Source: Kribbella sp. (lineage in GTDB: Bacteria; Actinomycetota; Actinomycetes; Propionibacteriales; Kribbellaceae). Taken from it: a DNA stretch of 24,000 nt. The notes under the pieces were generated by a model, which saw only the letters and a program-made list of their open reading frames with translations, searched no databases and was not told where the DNA came from. Of this stretch, positions 14,983-22,767 are shown piece by piece; positions within the stretch are counted from its first letter, which is position 1, and every line of letters begins with the position of its first letter. A program made the translations under genes and the position numbers. Location: assembly GCF_035655035.1 (NCBI RefSeq), contig NZ_DASRVN010000498.1:1-24000 (forward strand). Direction: 5' to 3'.

Positions 14983-16132
14983 GGACCGGGCCGCCGAGGA
15001 AGGTCAGCACGCACAGGACGACCGGGAGGACGAACGCGAGGTTCAGCGGCATCCAGTGCGCGAGGCCGCCGATCAGCGCCGGGCCGGCGAGCAGGCCGAC
15101 GTACCCGAGGCCGACCACGCGGGCCATCAGCGCGCCCGAGGACCGCGGGTCGAGGTTGCCCGCGGCGGTGAACAGCTGCGGTACGCCGCCGGCCAGGCCG
15201 AGGCCGAAGACCGCCCAGCCGACCAGCGCGACAGGCACCCACGGGATCACGATCACCAGCGTCAGGCCGACCGCGGCCATCGCCGCACCCCAGCGGACGA
15301 TCGCGGCCGGCCCGACGACCGCGGCGACCCGGTCGGTGAGGAAGCGCCCGACGGTCATCGCGACCGCGAACGCGCCGTACGCGTAGGCGGCGGTGCTGAC
15401 CGACGTACCGAGGACGTCCCGGAAGTGCAATGCCGCCCAGTCGTTGGCCACACCCTCGGACAGCATCAGCCCGAAGGCGAGCCCGCCGAGCGCCCAGACC
15501 AGCTTGGCGGACGGCTTCGCCCGCGGCGCCTCGGCCACCTCCTCCGCCGGTTCGGTTGCCTCCAGCAAGAATCGGCTGGCGATCAGCGACAGGACGATAC
15601 AGACCACGCCGGCCAGCGCCAGCGTCAGCTCGGTCGGTACGCCGGCCCGCAGCGTGGCCGCGCCGACCACCGCGGCGATCGCCCCGCCGATCGACCACAT
15701 CGCGTGGAACGCCGCCATGATCGGCCGCGGGTAACCGCGCTCGACCACGACGGCCTGCGCGTTCATCCCGACGTCGATCGAGCCGTTGCCGAAGCCGACC
15801 AGGATCAGCGCCAGCGCGAGGGTCCACCAGTTCGTGGCCAGGCCGGGACCGGCGAGCGCGATCCCGAGCAGGATCCCGGCCGCCGGGACCAGCCGGCGCT
15901 GGCCGATCCTGTCCACCAGTGGCCCGGCGACCTGCATGCCGGTGAAGGCGGCAGCGCCGAGGACCAGCAGGAGCAGGCCGAGCGTGCTGTGCGTGATCCC
16001 GGTCGCCTGCTCGATGCTCGGGATGTGCACCACCCACATGCCGACCGCGAATCCGTTCAGCCCGAAGTACGTCCAGGTGGCAACGCGGGCGGCTCGGGGT
16101 GGTGCGGTCTGCAGCTGTACGTCGGCGCTCAA
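14963..16132 (-). CDS. MFS transporter (paralogue of 16943-18109)
   Basis: The body is hydrophobic with about 12 helices, starting at ...VATWTYFGLNGFAVGMWVV. The track's 470-aa version has an Arg/Pro-rich N-terminus that overlaps the DeoR gene. I place the start at the TTG at 16130-16132, which overlaps the DeoR TGA (TTGA). The exact start is uncertain. Confidence 0.8.
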   Translation of the reverse strand: MSADVQLQTAPPRAARVATWTYFGLNGFAVGMWVVHIPSIEQATGITHSTLGLLLLVLGAAAFTGMQVAGPLVDRIGQRRLVPAAGILLGIALAGPGLATNWWTLALALILVGFGNGSIDVGMNAQAVVVERGYPRPIMAAFHAMWSIGGAIAAVVGAATLRAGVPTELTLALAGVVCIVLSLIASRFLLEATEPAEEVAEAPRAKPSAKLVWALGGLAFGLMLSEGVANDWAALHFRDVLGTSVSTAAYAYGAFAVAMTVGRFLTDRVAAVVGPAAIVRWGAAMAAVGLTLVIVIPWVPVALVGWAVFGLGLAGGVPQLFTAAGNLDPRSSGALMARVVGLGYVGLLAGPALIGGLAHWMPLNLAFVLPVVLCVLTFLGGPVLNAKKN

Positions 16133-16890
16133 CCTGCCACCTCGACGAGGGCGCCGCGCTGGGTCAGCAGGGTCCGCTGGTCCTCGGGGGCGGAGTCGTC
16201 GGTGATGATCAGGTCGGGCCGGTCCGCCGGGCAGACGTAGGCGAGCGCGGCGCGGTCCCACTTGGCGCCGTCGGCGAGCACGATCGACCGGCCGGCGACC
16301 TTGAGAGCCTCCTGCTTGACCTCGGCATCGCCCAGGTCGAAGGCCGTCAGTCCGGCGTCCAGGCTGAACGCGCACGGGCTCAGTACGGCGGCGTCGAACC
16401 GCAGCGCCCGCAGCGACGCGACGGTCAGCGGGCCGACCAGTGAGAGCTCGCCCTTGCGTGCCTCACCGCCCGGCATCAGCAGCCGGATCCGCGGCGCGTC
16501 CGCCAGTTCGTGCGCGACGTGCAGCGAGAGCGGCATGACCGTCAGCGCGCGATCGTGCAGCAGCTTGGCGGTCTCGAGTGCCGTCGTACCGCTGTCCAGG
16601 ACGATCGTCTCGCCGTCGCGGAGGTGCTCGACCGCGGCCCGGGCGATGGCCTGCTTGGCGGCGACGGCGGCCTGCGAACGCAGCGAGTGCGGCGGCTCGA
16701 GGCCGGACGGCATCGCGGACACCGCGCCGCCGTGGATCCGCTTGAGCACGCCCTGCGCGGCCAGGAAGTCCAGATCGCGGCGCACCGTCATATCCGACGC
16801 CGCGGTCGCGTCGACCAGTTCCTGGACCGACACTCGGTCGACGACTCGGAGGCGTTCTACGATCACTTGGTGCCGTTCCGCACTTCTCAT
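16129..16890 (-). CDS. DeoR family transcriptional regulator
   Basis: 253 aa starting at the ATG at 16888-16890. The DeoR-type HTH is ERHQVIVERLRVVDRVSVQELVDATAASDMTVRRDLDFLAAQGVLKRIHGGA, followed by a DeoR C-terminal effector domain (IVLDSGTT...). The rest of track ORF 16129-17787 is antisense shadow. Confidence 0.9.
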   Translation of the reverse strand: MRSAERHQVIVERLRVVDRVSVQELVDATAASDMTVRRDLDFLAAQGVLKRIHGGAVSAMPSGLEPPHSLRSQAAVAAKQAIARAAVEHLRDGETIVLDSGTTALETAKLLHDRALTVMPLSLHVAHELADAPRIRLLMPGGEARKGELSLVGPLTVASLRALRFDAAVLSPCAFSLDAGLTAFDLGDAEVKQEALKVAGRSIVLADGAKWDRAALAYVCPADRPDLIITDDSAPEDQRTLLTQRGALVEVAG

Positions 16891-16942
16891 GCGCAAAAAA
16901 CTACCATCCGTCTGATCGTTCAAACAGATAGCGTGTTCACTT

Positions 16943-18109
16943 GTGACTGATGACACCACGCTCGTCAAGCGTTCCCGGTACGCCGTCGCCGCGGTCTTCT
17001 GCGTCCACGGGTCGGTGACCGGGTCGTTCGCGACCCGGGTGCCGTGGATCCAGGAGCACGCCGGGGTGTCCGCGGGCCAACTCGGCCTGGCGCTGGCGTT
17101 CCCGGCGATCGGCGCGGCGCTGATGATGCCGCTCGCCGCCCGCATCACGCACCGGTTCGGCACCCGGACGGCGCTGCGCGGGCTGCTCGCGCTCTGGACG
17201 CTCGCGCTGATCCTGCCGTCGCTCGCACCCGGACTGCTGACGCTCTGCGCCGCCCTGTTCGTGTACGGCGGTACGTCGGGGATGGCCGACGTCGCGATGA
17301 ACGCGCTCGGGATCGAGGTCGAGCACCGGCTGAAGAAGTCGATCATGTCCGGGCTGCACGGGATGTGGAGCGCGGGCGCCCTGCTCGGCTCCGCCGTCGG
17401 TACGGTCGCGGCGCACGCGAACGTCAGCGCGCAGGTCCACCACACGATCGCGGCCGTCGTACTGACGATCGTCGGGGCGGTGGTGTGCCAGTTCGTGCTG
17501 AACATCCATCCGGAGGAGGACGAGGAGCCGCCGGCCCGGTTCGCGTTGCCGCCGAAGTCCGCGCTGCTGATCGGGGCGGTCGGGTTCTGCGCGGTGTTCG
17601 CGGAGGGCGCGAGCCTGGACTGGTCGGCGGTGTACCTGCGCGACGTCCTGGACAGCTCGGCCGGGGTCGCGGCCGGCGCGACGACCGGGTTCGCGTTGAC
17701 GATGGCGATCGCCCGGATCACCGGCGACGCGGTCGTGGACCGGTTCGGCGCGGTCCGGACGGTCCGGGCCAGCGGCGTGATCGCCACACTCGGCGGCCTG
17801 CTCGTGGTCGTCTCGCCGAACGCCGTCGTCGCGATGATCGGCTTCGGGCTGATCGGCGTCGGGATCGCGGTCGTCGTACCGCTCGCCTTCGCCGCGGCGG
17901 GTCACACCGGCGCCAACGCCAGCCAGGCGATCGCCGGCGTCGCCACGATCACCTACGCGTCCGGCCTGGTCGCCCCGTCGATCATCGGCGGCATCGCACA
18001 GGCCAGCAGCCTGACCATCTCGTTCATCGTCGTCTCCGCGCTGGCGGCCGGGCTGGCCGTGTTCGCCCGCGTGCTCGCAACGCGTCCCACCACCAGGGCA
18101 GCCACCTGA
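16943..18109 (+). CDS. MFS transporter (paralogue of 14963-16132)
   Basis: 388 aa, hydrophobic, with about 12 helices and a central hydrophilic loop (HPEEDEEPPARF). It shares GMWS.G, EG...DW.A...RDVL and P..F.AAG with the other MFS. GTG start at 16943. Confidence 0.85.
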   Translation: MTDDTTLVKRSRYAVAAVFCVHGSVTGSFATRVPWIQEHAGVSAGQLGLALAFPAIGAALMMPLAARITHRFGTRTALRGLLALWTLALILPSLAPGLLTLCAALFVYGGTSGMADVAMNALGIEVEHRLKKSIMSGLHGMWSAGALLGSAVGTVAAHANVSAQVHHTIAAVVLTIVGAVVCQFVLNIHPEEDEEPPARFALPPKSALLIGAVGFCAVFAEGASLDWSAVYLRDVLDSSAGVAAGATTGFALTMAIARITGDAVVDRFGAVRTVRASGVIATLGGLLVVVSPNAVVAMIGFGLIGVGIAVVVPLAFAAAGHTGANASQAIAGVATITYASGLVAPSIIGGIAQASSLTISFIVVSALAAGLAVFARVLATRPTTRAAT

Positions 18110-18117
18110 TGGATATT

Positions 18118-18138
18118 CGCCGGCACCAGGCGCCGGCG
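18118..18138 (+). terminator. GC-rich hairpin just after the MFS stop codon, possible intrinsic terminator
   Basis: CGCCGGC (18118-18124) pairs with GCCGGCG (18132-18138), giving a 7-bp stem with a 7-nt loop, 9 nt after the stop at 18107-18109. No U-tract follows, so the call is weak. Confidence 0.25.
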
Positions 18139-18155
18139 GTGATACGAATCGTCGG

Positions 18156-18698
18156 GTGGACTTTCGGGTAGCAGGACCAGAGGATGCGGCGGCGGTCGCC
18201 GAGCTGCACAGCGACAGCTGGCGACGGCACTACCGGGGCGCGTACGCGGACGCGTTCCTCGACGACGAGTCTCCGACGTATCTCGGGGAGCTGTGGGCGA
18301 AGCGGCTCGCGGACCGTGACGGCACGCGGACGACGGTGGCGGAGTACGACGGGCAGCTGGTCGGGCTCGCGCACGTGGTGTTCGACGCGGACCCGACGTA
18401 CGGCGCGCTCGTCGACAACCTGCACGTCCGCGCGCCGCTCAAGCGCCAGGGCCTCGGCACCAAACTGCTCGCACACGCAGCCGAGGGCGTCCCGACCGGC
18501 CTCTACCTCTGGGTGCTCGAACAGAACACCGCCGCGCAGGCGTTCTACGAAGCCCGCGGCGGGATCCGCGGCGAGCGCCGGAACGTCCCACCGCCCGGCG
18601 GCGAACCCCGGCGCCTGAACGGGACCCCGGTCTGCCTCCGCTACTCCTGGCCGGACCCGGAGCGCTTGACGGTCTCGATCAACGCGTACGACGCCTGA
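18156..18698 (+). CDS. GNAT family N-acetyltransferase
   Basis: 180 aa. The acetyl-CoA motif A is LHVRAPLKRQGLGTKLLAHA, followed by AAQAFYEARGG. GTG start at 18156. The C-terminal 19 codons overlap the convergent GntR gene. Confidence 0.8.
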   Translation: MDFRVAGPEDAAAVAELHSDSWRRHYRGAYADAFLDDESPTYLGELWAKRLADRDGTRTTVAEYDGQLVGLAHVVFDADPTYGALVDNLHVRAPLKRQGLGTKLLAHAAEGVPTGLYLWVLEQNTAAQAFYEARGGIRGERRNVPPPGGEPRRLNGTPVCLRYSWPDPERLTVSINAYDA

Positions 18699-19321
18699 CT
18701 CGCCGCCTCCGGATCCCCGGCCCGGATCGCCTCCAGTACGTCGGCGTGCGCGTCGCCGAGCCGGTGGTCCTCGGGGATCGTCGCGGTCTGGTGGATCGAC
18801 TCGGTCATCACCTCGGCCAGCGCGTCGTACAACCTGAGCAGCAACGGGTTCCCGCTGGCGAGCACGACGCCGCGGTGGAAGTCGGTGTCGACGGCCACGA
18901 ACGCGTCCATATCACCGGACTCCAGCGTCGCCGCGCGAGCCTCCAGCACCTCCGCCAGGGCTTTGAGGTTCTCCGGCGTCGCGTTGCGTGCGGCCAGCCG
19001 GGCGGCTGCGGCCTCGATGCCGGCACGGGCGTCGAGAACGTGCGTGAGCGACGCGGACAGCTCGTCGCGGACCAGTACGCCGCTGATCTCGTTGGTCGCG
19101 CGCACATAGGTACCGTCGCCGACCCGCGGCTCCAGCAGGCCGGTCAGGCTGAGCGACCGCAACGCCTCCCGCACGGTGCCCCGGCTGACACCGAGCTCGG
19201 TCGCGAGCTGGTGCTCTCCCGGGATCCGGGCGCCGCGCGGCCACTCCCCGGACTCGATCCGCGACCGGAACTGGTCGGACACCTGCAGCACGAGCGGCAC
19301 CTGCCGCACCAAGGGCTCCAT
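18641..19321 (-). CDS. GntR family transcriptional regulator, FadR/FCD subfamily
   Basis: The winged HTH is IPGEHQLATELGVSRGTVREALRSLSLTGLLEPRVGDGTYV. The C-terminal domain is all-helical with DTDFHRGVV. I prefer the ATG at 19319-19321 (MEPLVRQ...). The track start at 19348 adds MSYIYILYG, which is encoded by the AT-rich promoter patch. Confidence 0.85.
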   Translation of the reverse strand: MEPLVRQVPLVLQVSDQFRSRIESGEWPRGARIPGEHQLATELGVSRGTVREALRSLSLTGLLEPRVGDGTYVRATNEISGVLVRDELSASLTHVLDARAGIEAAAARLAARNATPENLKALAEVLEARAATLESGDMDAFVAVDTDFHRGVVLASGNPLLLRLYDALAEVMTESIHQTATIPEDHRLGDAHADVLEAIRAGDPEAASQASYALIETVKRSGSGQE

Positions 19322-19325
19322 GCCG

Positions 19326-19353
19326 TACAGTATATAAATGTAGGACATCTACA
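19326..19353. promoter_or_regulatory. AT-rich patch with interlocking TACA/TGTA half-sites (TACA-N9-TGTAG-N5-CTACA), candidate GntR operator/promoter
   Basis: TGTAGGACATCTACA (19339-19353) has 5-bp perfect arms. An extra TACA at 19326-19329 is inverted relative to the TGTA at 19339-19342. It lies between the divergent GntR (start 19321) and MFS (start 19387) genes. Confidence 0.3.
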
Positions 19354-19386
19354 CAGAAGCTCTCTCATCACCTGAAGGGGTGTGTC

Positions 19387-20568
19387 GTGGCAGTGCTGAC
19401 CGAACCGGTGGCCCGTGAGCGGTCGTCGCTGATCACCGCGACCGCCTTCGTGGTGGCGCTGAGCCTGCGTCCGGCGCTGACCGCGGTCGGTCCGGTGCTG
19501 CCGCGGATCGGCGACGCGCTGCATCTCGGTGAGGCCGCGCAGGGTCTGCTCGGCACGCTGCCGCTGCTCGCGTTCGCGGTTGCCTCTCCCCTGGTGCACC
19601 TGGCGTCGCGGCGGTTCGGGATGGAGCGGGCCGTGTTCGTCTCGCTGCTGGTGCTGGCCGCGAGCAGCGCGATCCGTCCGTACGCGGGCCAGGCCGGTCT
19701 CTGGATCGGGACCGCCGTGGTCGGCGCCGCGATCGCCGTCGGCAACGTACTGGTTCCGGTGATCATCAAGCGCGACTACTCCGCGCACGTGTCCCGGGCG
19801 ACCGGGATCTACACCGCGTTCATCACCGGCGGCGCCGCGATCGCGTCGATCCTCGCCGTACCGATCGCCGACGCCGTCGACTGGCGGCTGTCGCTCGCGG
19901 TCTGGGGCGCTCTCGCCCTGGTGGTCGCGATCGTCTGGCTGCCGCGGACGCTGTCCCCGGAGCCGTTGCCGGCGGCAACCAGCGGCGACGAGGCGCCCAA
20001 GGTGAGTGTGTGGCGGCAGCCGATGGCGTGGCTGGTGACTGGCTTCATGGGGCTGCAGTCGACGAGCTTCTACCTGTTCGTGAACTGGCTGCCGACGATC
20101 GAGATCTCGACCGGCGGCGTCTCCGAGCGCGCCACCGGCGTGCACCTGTTCGTGTTCCAGGTGTTCGGGCTGATCGGCGGGCTCAGCATCCCGTTCCTGC
20201 TGAAGCACCCGACCAACCAGCGGGCCGGTCTGATGACGGCGAGTACGCCGATCCTGCTGGCGCTGATCGGGTTGCTGGTGGCGCCGCACCTGGCGATCGT
20301 GTGGGCCGTCGTCGGCGGCCTCGGCCAGGGCGCCGGGCTGGTCGCCGCGCTGTCACTGATCAGCCTGCGCGGCCGCGGGCACCACGAGACCACGCAGCTG
20401 TCCGGGATGGCGCAGGCGGTCGGCTACACCCTGGCCGCCGCCGGGCCGGTCGTCGCCGGATACCTGACCCAGGCGACCGGCGGCTGGAGTACGACGCTCG
20501 TCGTGTTCGCCGTACTCGCAGCCACCCAGGTCACGCTGGGCTTCGTCGTGGGTCGCGACAACCGCTGA
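19387..20568 (+). CDS. MFS transporter, CynX (cyanate permease)-like subfamily
   Basis: 393 aa, hydrophobic. The N-terminal block LRPALTAVGPVLPRIGDALHLGEAAQGLLGTLPLL resembles the CynX-type signature, from memory. The GTG at 19387 is preceded by GAAGGGG. Confidence 0.85.
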   Translation: MAVLTEPVARERSSLITATAFVVALSLRPALTAVGPVLPRIGDALHLGEAAQGLLGTLPLLAFAVASPLVHLASRRFGMERAVFVSLLVLAASSAIRPYAGQAGLWIGTAVVGAAIAVGNVLVPVIIKRDYSAHVSRATGIYTAFITGGAAIASILAVPIADAVDWRLSLAVWGALALVVAIVWLPRTLSPEPLPAATSGDEAPKVSVWRQPMAWLVTGFMGLQSTSFYLFVNWLPTIEISTGGVSERATGVHLFVFQVFGLIGGLSIPFLLKHPTNQRAGLMTASTPILLALIGLLVAPHLAIVWAVVGGLGQGAGLVAALSLISLRGRGHHETTQLSGMAQAVGYTLAAAGPVVAGYLTQATGGWSTTLVVFAVLAATQVTLGFVVGRDNR

Positions 20569-21576
20569 CTACTTGTCGGTGGCGAACGCCGCGTCGAAGG
20601 CGGCGGCCGGCTTGTCGAAGGCCAGGTTGCGGATCACGTTGACCGCCTCCGCCGCGCCGATCTTGCGGTCCATGCCGGCGTCCTCCCACTCGACCGAGAT
20701 CGGGCCGTCGTAGCCGATCGAGTTCAGCACCCGGAAGCAGTCCTCCCAGTTCACGTCGCCGTGACCGGTCGAGTAGAAGTCCCAGCCGCGCCGCGGGTCG
20801 GCCCAGGGCAGGTGCGAGCCGAGCCGGCCGTTGCGCCCGCCGCCGACCCGCATCTTGGTGTCCTTGCAGTCCACGTGGTAGATCCGGTCCTTGAAGTCCC
20901 AGAGGAACGCGACCGGGTCGATGTCCTGCCAGACCATGTGCGACGGGTCCCAGTTCAGCCCGAAGGCCTCCCGGTGGCCGATCGCCTCCAGCGTGAAGGT
21001 GGTGGTCCAGTAGTCGTAGGCGATCTCCGACGGGTGCACCTCGTGCGCGAACCGGACACCCTCCTCGTCGAAGACGTCGAGGATCGGGTTCCAGCGGTCG
21101 GCGAAGTCCTTGTACCCGGCCTCGATCCGCTCCGCCGGCACCGGCGGGAACATCGCGACGTACTGCCAGATCGACGAGCCGGTGAAGCCGATGACGGTCT
21201 TCACGCCGAGCTTCTTCGCCGCCCGGGCCGTGTTCTTCAGGTCTTCGGCCGCACGCTGCCGGACGCCCTCGGCGTCGCCGTCGCCCCAGATCCGGGACGG
21301 CACGATCGCCTGGTGCCGGAAGTCGATCGGGTTGTCGCAGACCGCCTGCCCCACCAGGTGGTTGGAGATCGCGAAGACCTGCAGGTTGTACTTCTCCAGG
21401 ATGTCCTTGCGGCCCTGGACGTACGAGTCGTCGTCGACCGCCTGCTGGACGTCGAAGTGGTCACCGGAGCAGGCGATCTCGACGCCGTCGTACCCGGCCT
21501 CGGACGCGAACTGGCAGACCTCCTCGAACGGCAGGTCGGCCCACTGACCGGTGAAGAGAGTGATCGGACGAGGCAT
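20569..21576 (-). CDS. Sugar phosphate isomerase/epimerase (xylose-isomerase-like TIM barrel)
   Basis: 335 aa starting at the ATG at 21574-21576 ([36 protein letters not shown]...), a typical N-terminus for this family. AGGAG lies 6 nt upstream. The upstream 184 codons of track ORF 20569-22128 are Arg/Pro/Gly-rich and overlap the oxidoreductase gene out of frame (same strand). Confidence 0.9.
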   Translation of the reverse strand: MPRPITLFTGQWADLPFEEVCQFASEAGYDGVEIACSGDHFDVQQAVDDDSYVQGRKDILEKYNLQVFAISNHLVGQAVCDNPIDFRHQAIVPSRIWGDGDAEGVRQRAAEDLKNTARAAKKLGVKTVIGFTGSSIWQYVAMFPPVPAERIEAGYKDFADRWNPILDVFDEEGVRFAHEVHPSEIAYDYWTTTFTLEAIGHREAFGLNWDPSHMVWQDIDPVAFLWDFKDRIYHVDCKDTKMRVGGGRNGRLGSHLPWADPRRGWDFYSTGHGDVNWEDCFRVLNSIGYDGPISVEWEDAGMDRKIGAAEAVNVIRNLAFDKPAAAFDAAFATDK

Positions 21577-21584
21577 CTGTACTC

Positions 21585-22691
21585 CTAGGAGTTGTCGACA
21601 GCGTTGTCTACGGTGATCCAGGCAGAGTCTTGAGCGGCAGACCGCAGTACGGCGTCGACCACGCGGGCGGACCGTGCTCCGGCGGCGAAATCGGGCAGGC
21701 CGTCCGGGACGTCCCCGAGGACGGCGGCATAGCTGTCGGCGACGAACGAGTCGAACGCGTCCTGGTATCCCTGCGCGTGGCCGGCCGGCAGCCGGTTCAC
21801 CCGCGCCGCGGGCGGGCTGAGGGTCTCGGGGTCGCGGGTCAGCAGCTGCGACCCGGCGCGGTGGCCGACCCACAGCCGGTCCGGGTCCTCCTGGTCGAAC
21901 CCGAAGCTCGACTCGGTACCGGACACCTCGAGGTACAGCCGGTTCTTCCGGCCGGCGGCGACCTGGCTGACCACGATCGTCCCGACCACGCCGGCCTCGG
22001 TCCGGAACTGCGCGGTGGCGAGGTCCTCGGTCCGCACCTCCACGCCGCCGCGCTGCGCCCGTACCGTCCGGAGCTGGGCACTGATCGCGGCGATCCGGTC
22101 GCCGGTGACGAATTCCGTCAGGTCGCACCAGTGCGAGCCGATGTCCGCGAACGTCCGCGACGGGCCGCCGGTGGTGTCGTCCACGCGCCAGTTCTGGTCG
22201 TCGGCGCCGGCCAGCCAGTCCTGCAGGTACGAACCGTGCAGGCTGGTGATCACGCCGGCTTCACCCGCGGCGATCCGGGTACGCAGCTCGCGAACCATCG
22301 GGTGGTACCGGTACACGAACGGCACCGCACCGACCAGGCCTGCCTCACCGGCCGCGGCCTGCAGTCCGGTGGCGTCGGCGACCGACGTGGCCAACGGCTT
22401 CTCGCACACCACGTGCTTGCCGGCGTCGAGGGCCTTGAGCGTCACCTCGCGGTGCGTGTTGTTCGGCGTACAGACATGGATCACGTCGACGTCGGCGGCC
22501 AGCAGTTCGTCCAGGGACGCGAACCCGCGCTCGGCACCGGTCGCCTCGGCGGCCGCCTCCGCTCTCGCGGGCGACGATCCGACAGCTCCCACGACGGTCG
22601 CGCCGGAGACCAGCGCGGACCTCCCGTGGACCTGGCCCATGAACCCGCCGCCGACGATCCCGACCTTCAGCTTGCGCGCATTGGTGGACAC
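21585..22691 (-). CDS. Gfo/Idh/MocA family NAD(P)-dependent oxidoreductase
   Basis: The Rossmann motif [15 protein letters not shown] and the family motif VVCEKPLA are present. I placed the start at the GTG at 22689-22691 ([16 protein letters not shown]). A TTG 14 codons upstream is an alternative. The remaining N-terminal half of track ORF 21585-23765 is antisense to the ROK regulator. Confidence 0.85.
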   Translation of the reverse strand: MSTNARKLKVGIVGGGFMGQVHGRSALVSGATVVGAVGSSPARAEAAAEATGAERGFASLDELLAADVDVIHVCTPNNTHREVTLKALDAGKHVVCEKPLATSVADATGLQAAAGEAGLVGAVPFVYRYHPMVRELRTRIAAGEAGVITSLHGSYLQDWLAGADDQNWRVDDTTGGPSRTFADIGSHWCDLTEFVTGDRIAAISAQLRTVRAQRGGVEVRTEDLATAQFRTEAGVVGTIVVSQVAAGRKNRLYLEVSGTESSFGFDQEDPDRLWVGHRAGSQLLTRDPETLSPPAARVNRLPAGHAQGYQDAFDSFVADSYAAVLGDVPDGLPDFAAGARSARVVDAVLRSAAQDSAWITVDNAVDNS

Positions 22692-22712
22692 GTCGAAGGA
22701 CGCTATGGGACC

Positions 22713-22736
22713 CTTTTGAACCCTGTCAAGCAAAAG
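22713..22736. promoter_or_regulatory. Inverted repeat CTTTTG-N12-CAAAAG in a divergent intergenic region, possible ROK-regulator operator
   Basis: The 6-bp arms are perfect (hand-checked). It is flanked by GGAC (22708-22711) and GTCC (22736-22739) on a slightly different axis, so the overall symmetry is imperfect. It lies between starts at 22691 (-) and 22768 (+). Confidence 0.25.
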
Positions 22737-22767
22737 TCCAGGACCAGTACGACGAAAGTTCCGGTGC

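Noticed and set aside
13908-16037. 709-aa minus-strand ORF
   Set aside because: It is antisense to the Cys/Met PLP gene and out of frame with the MFS gene. The translation is Arg/Pro/Gly-rich nonsense.
16891-16942. Search for a DeoR operator in the DeoR/MFS divergent intergenic region (TCTG-N10-CAGA)
   Set aside because: The arms are only 4 bp and I could verify no convincing direct or inverted repeat.
16891-17787. N-terminal extension of track ORF 16129-17787 (552 aa)
   Set aside because: The DeoR HTH begins immediately after the ATG at 16890. The extension is antisense to the MFS gene at 16943-18109 and is rich in Ala/Ser/Thr/Pro with low complexity.
21577-22128. N-terminal extension of track ORF 20569-22128 (519 aa)
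   Set aside because: The family-typical N-terminus MPRPITLF... starts at the ATG at 21576 with an AGGAG SD. The extension is Arg/Pro/Gly-rich and overlaps the oxidoreductase gene in another frame.
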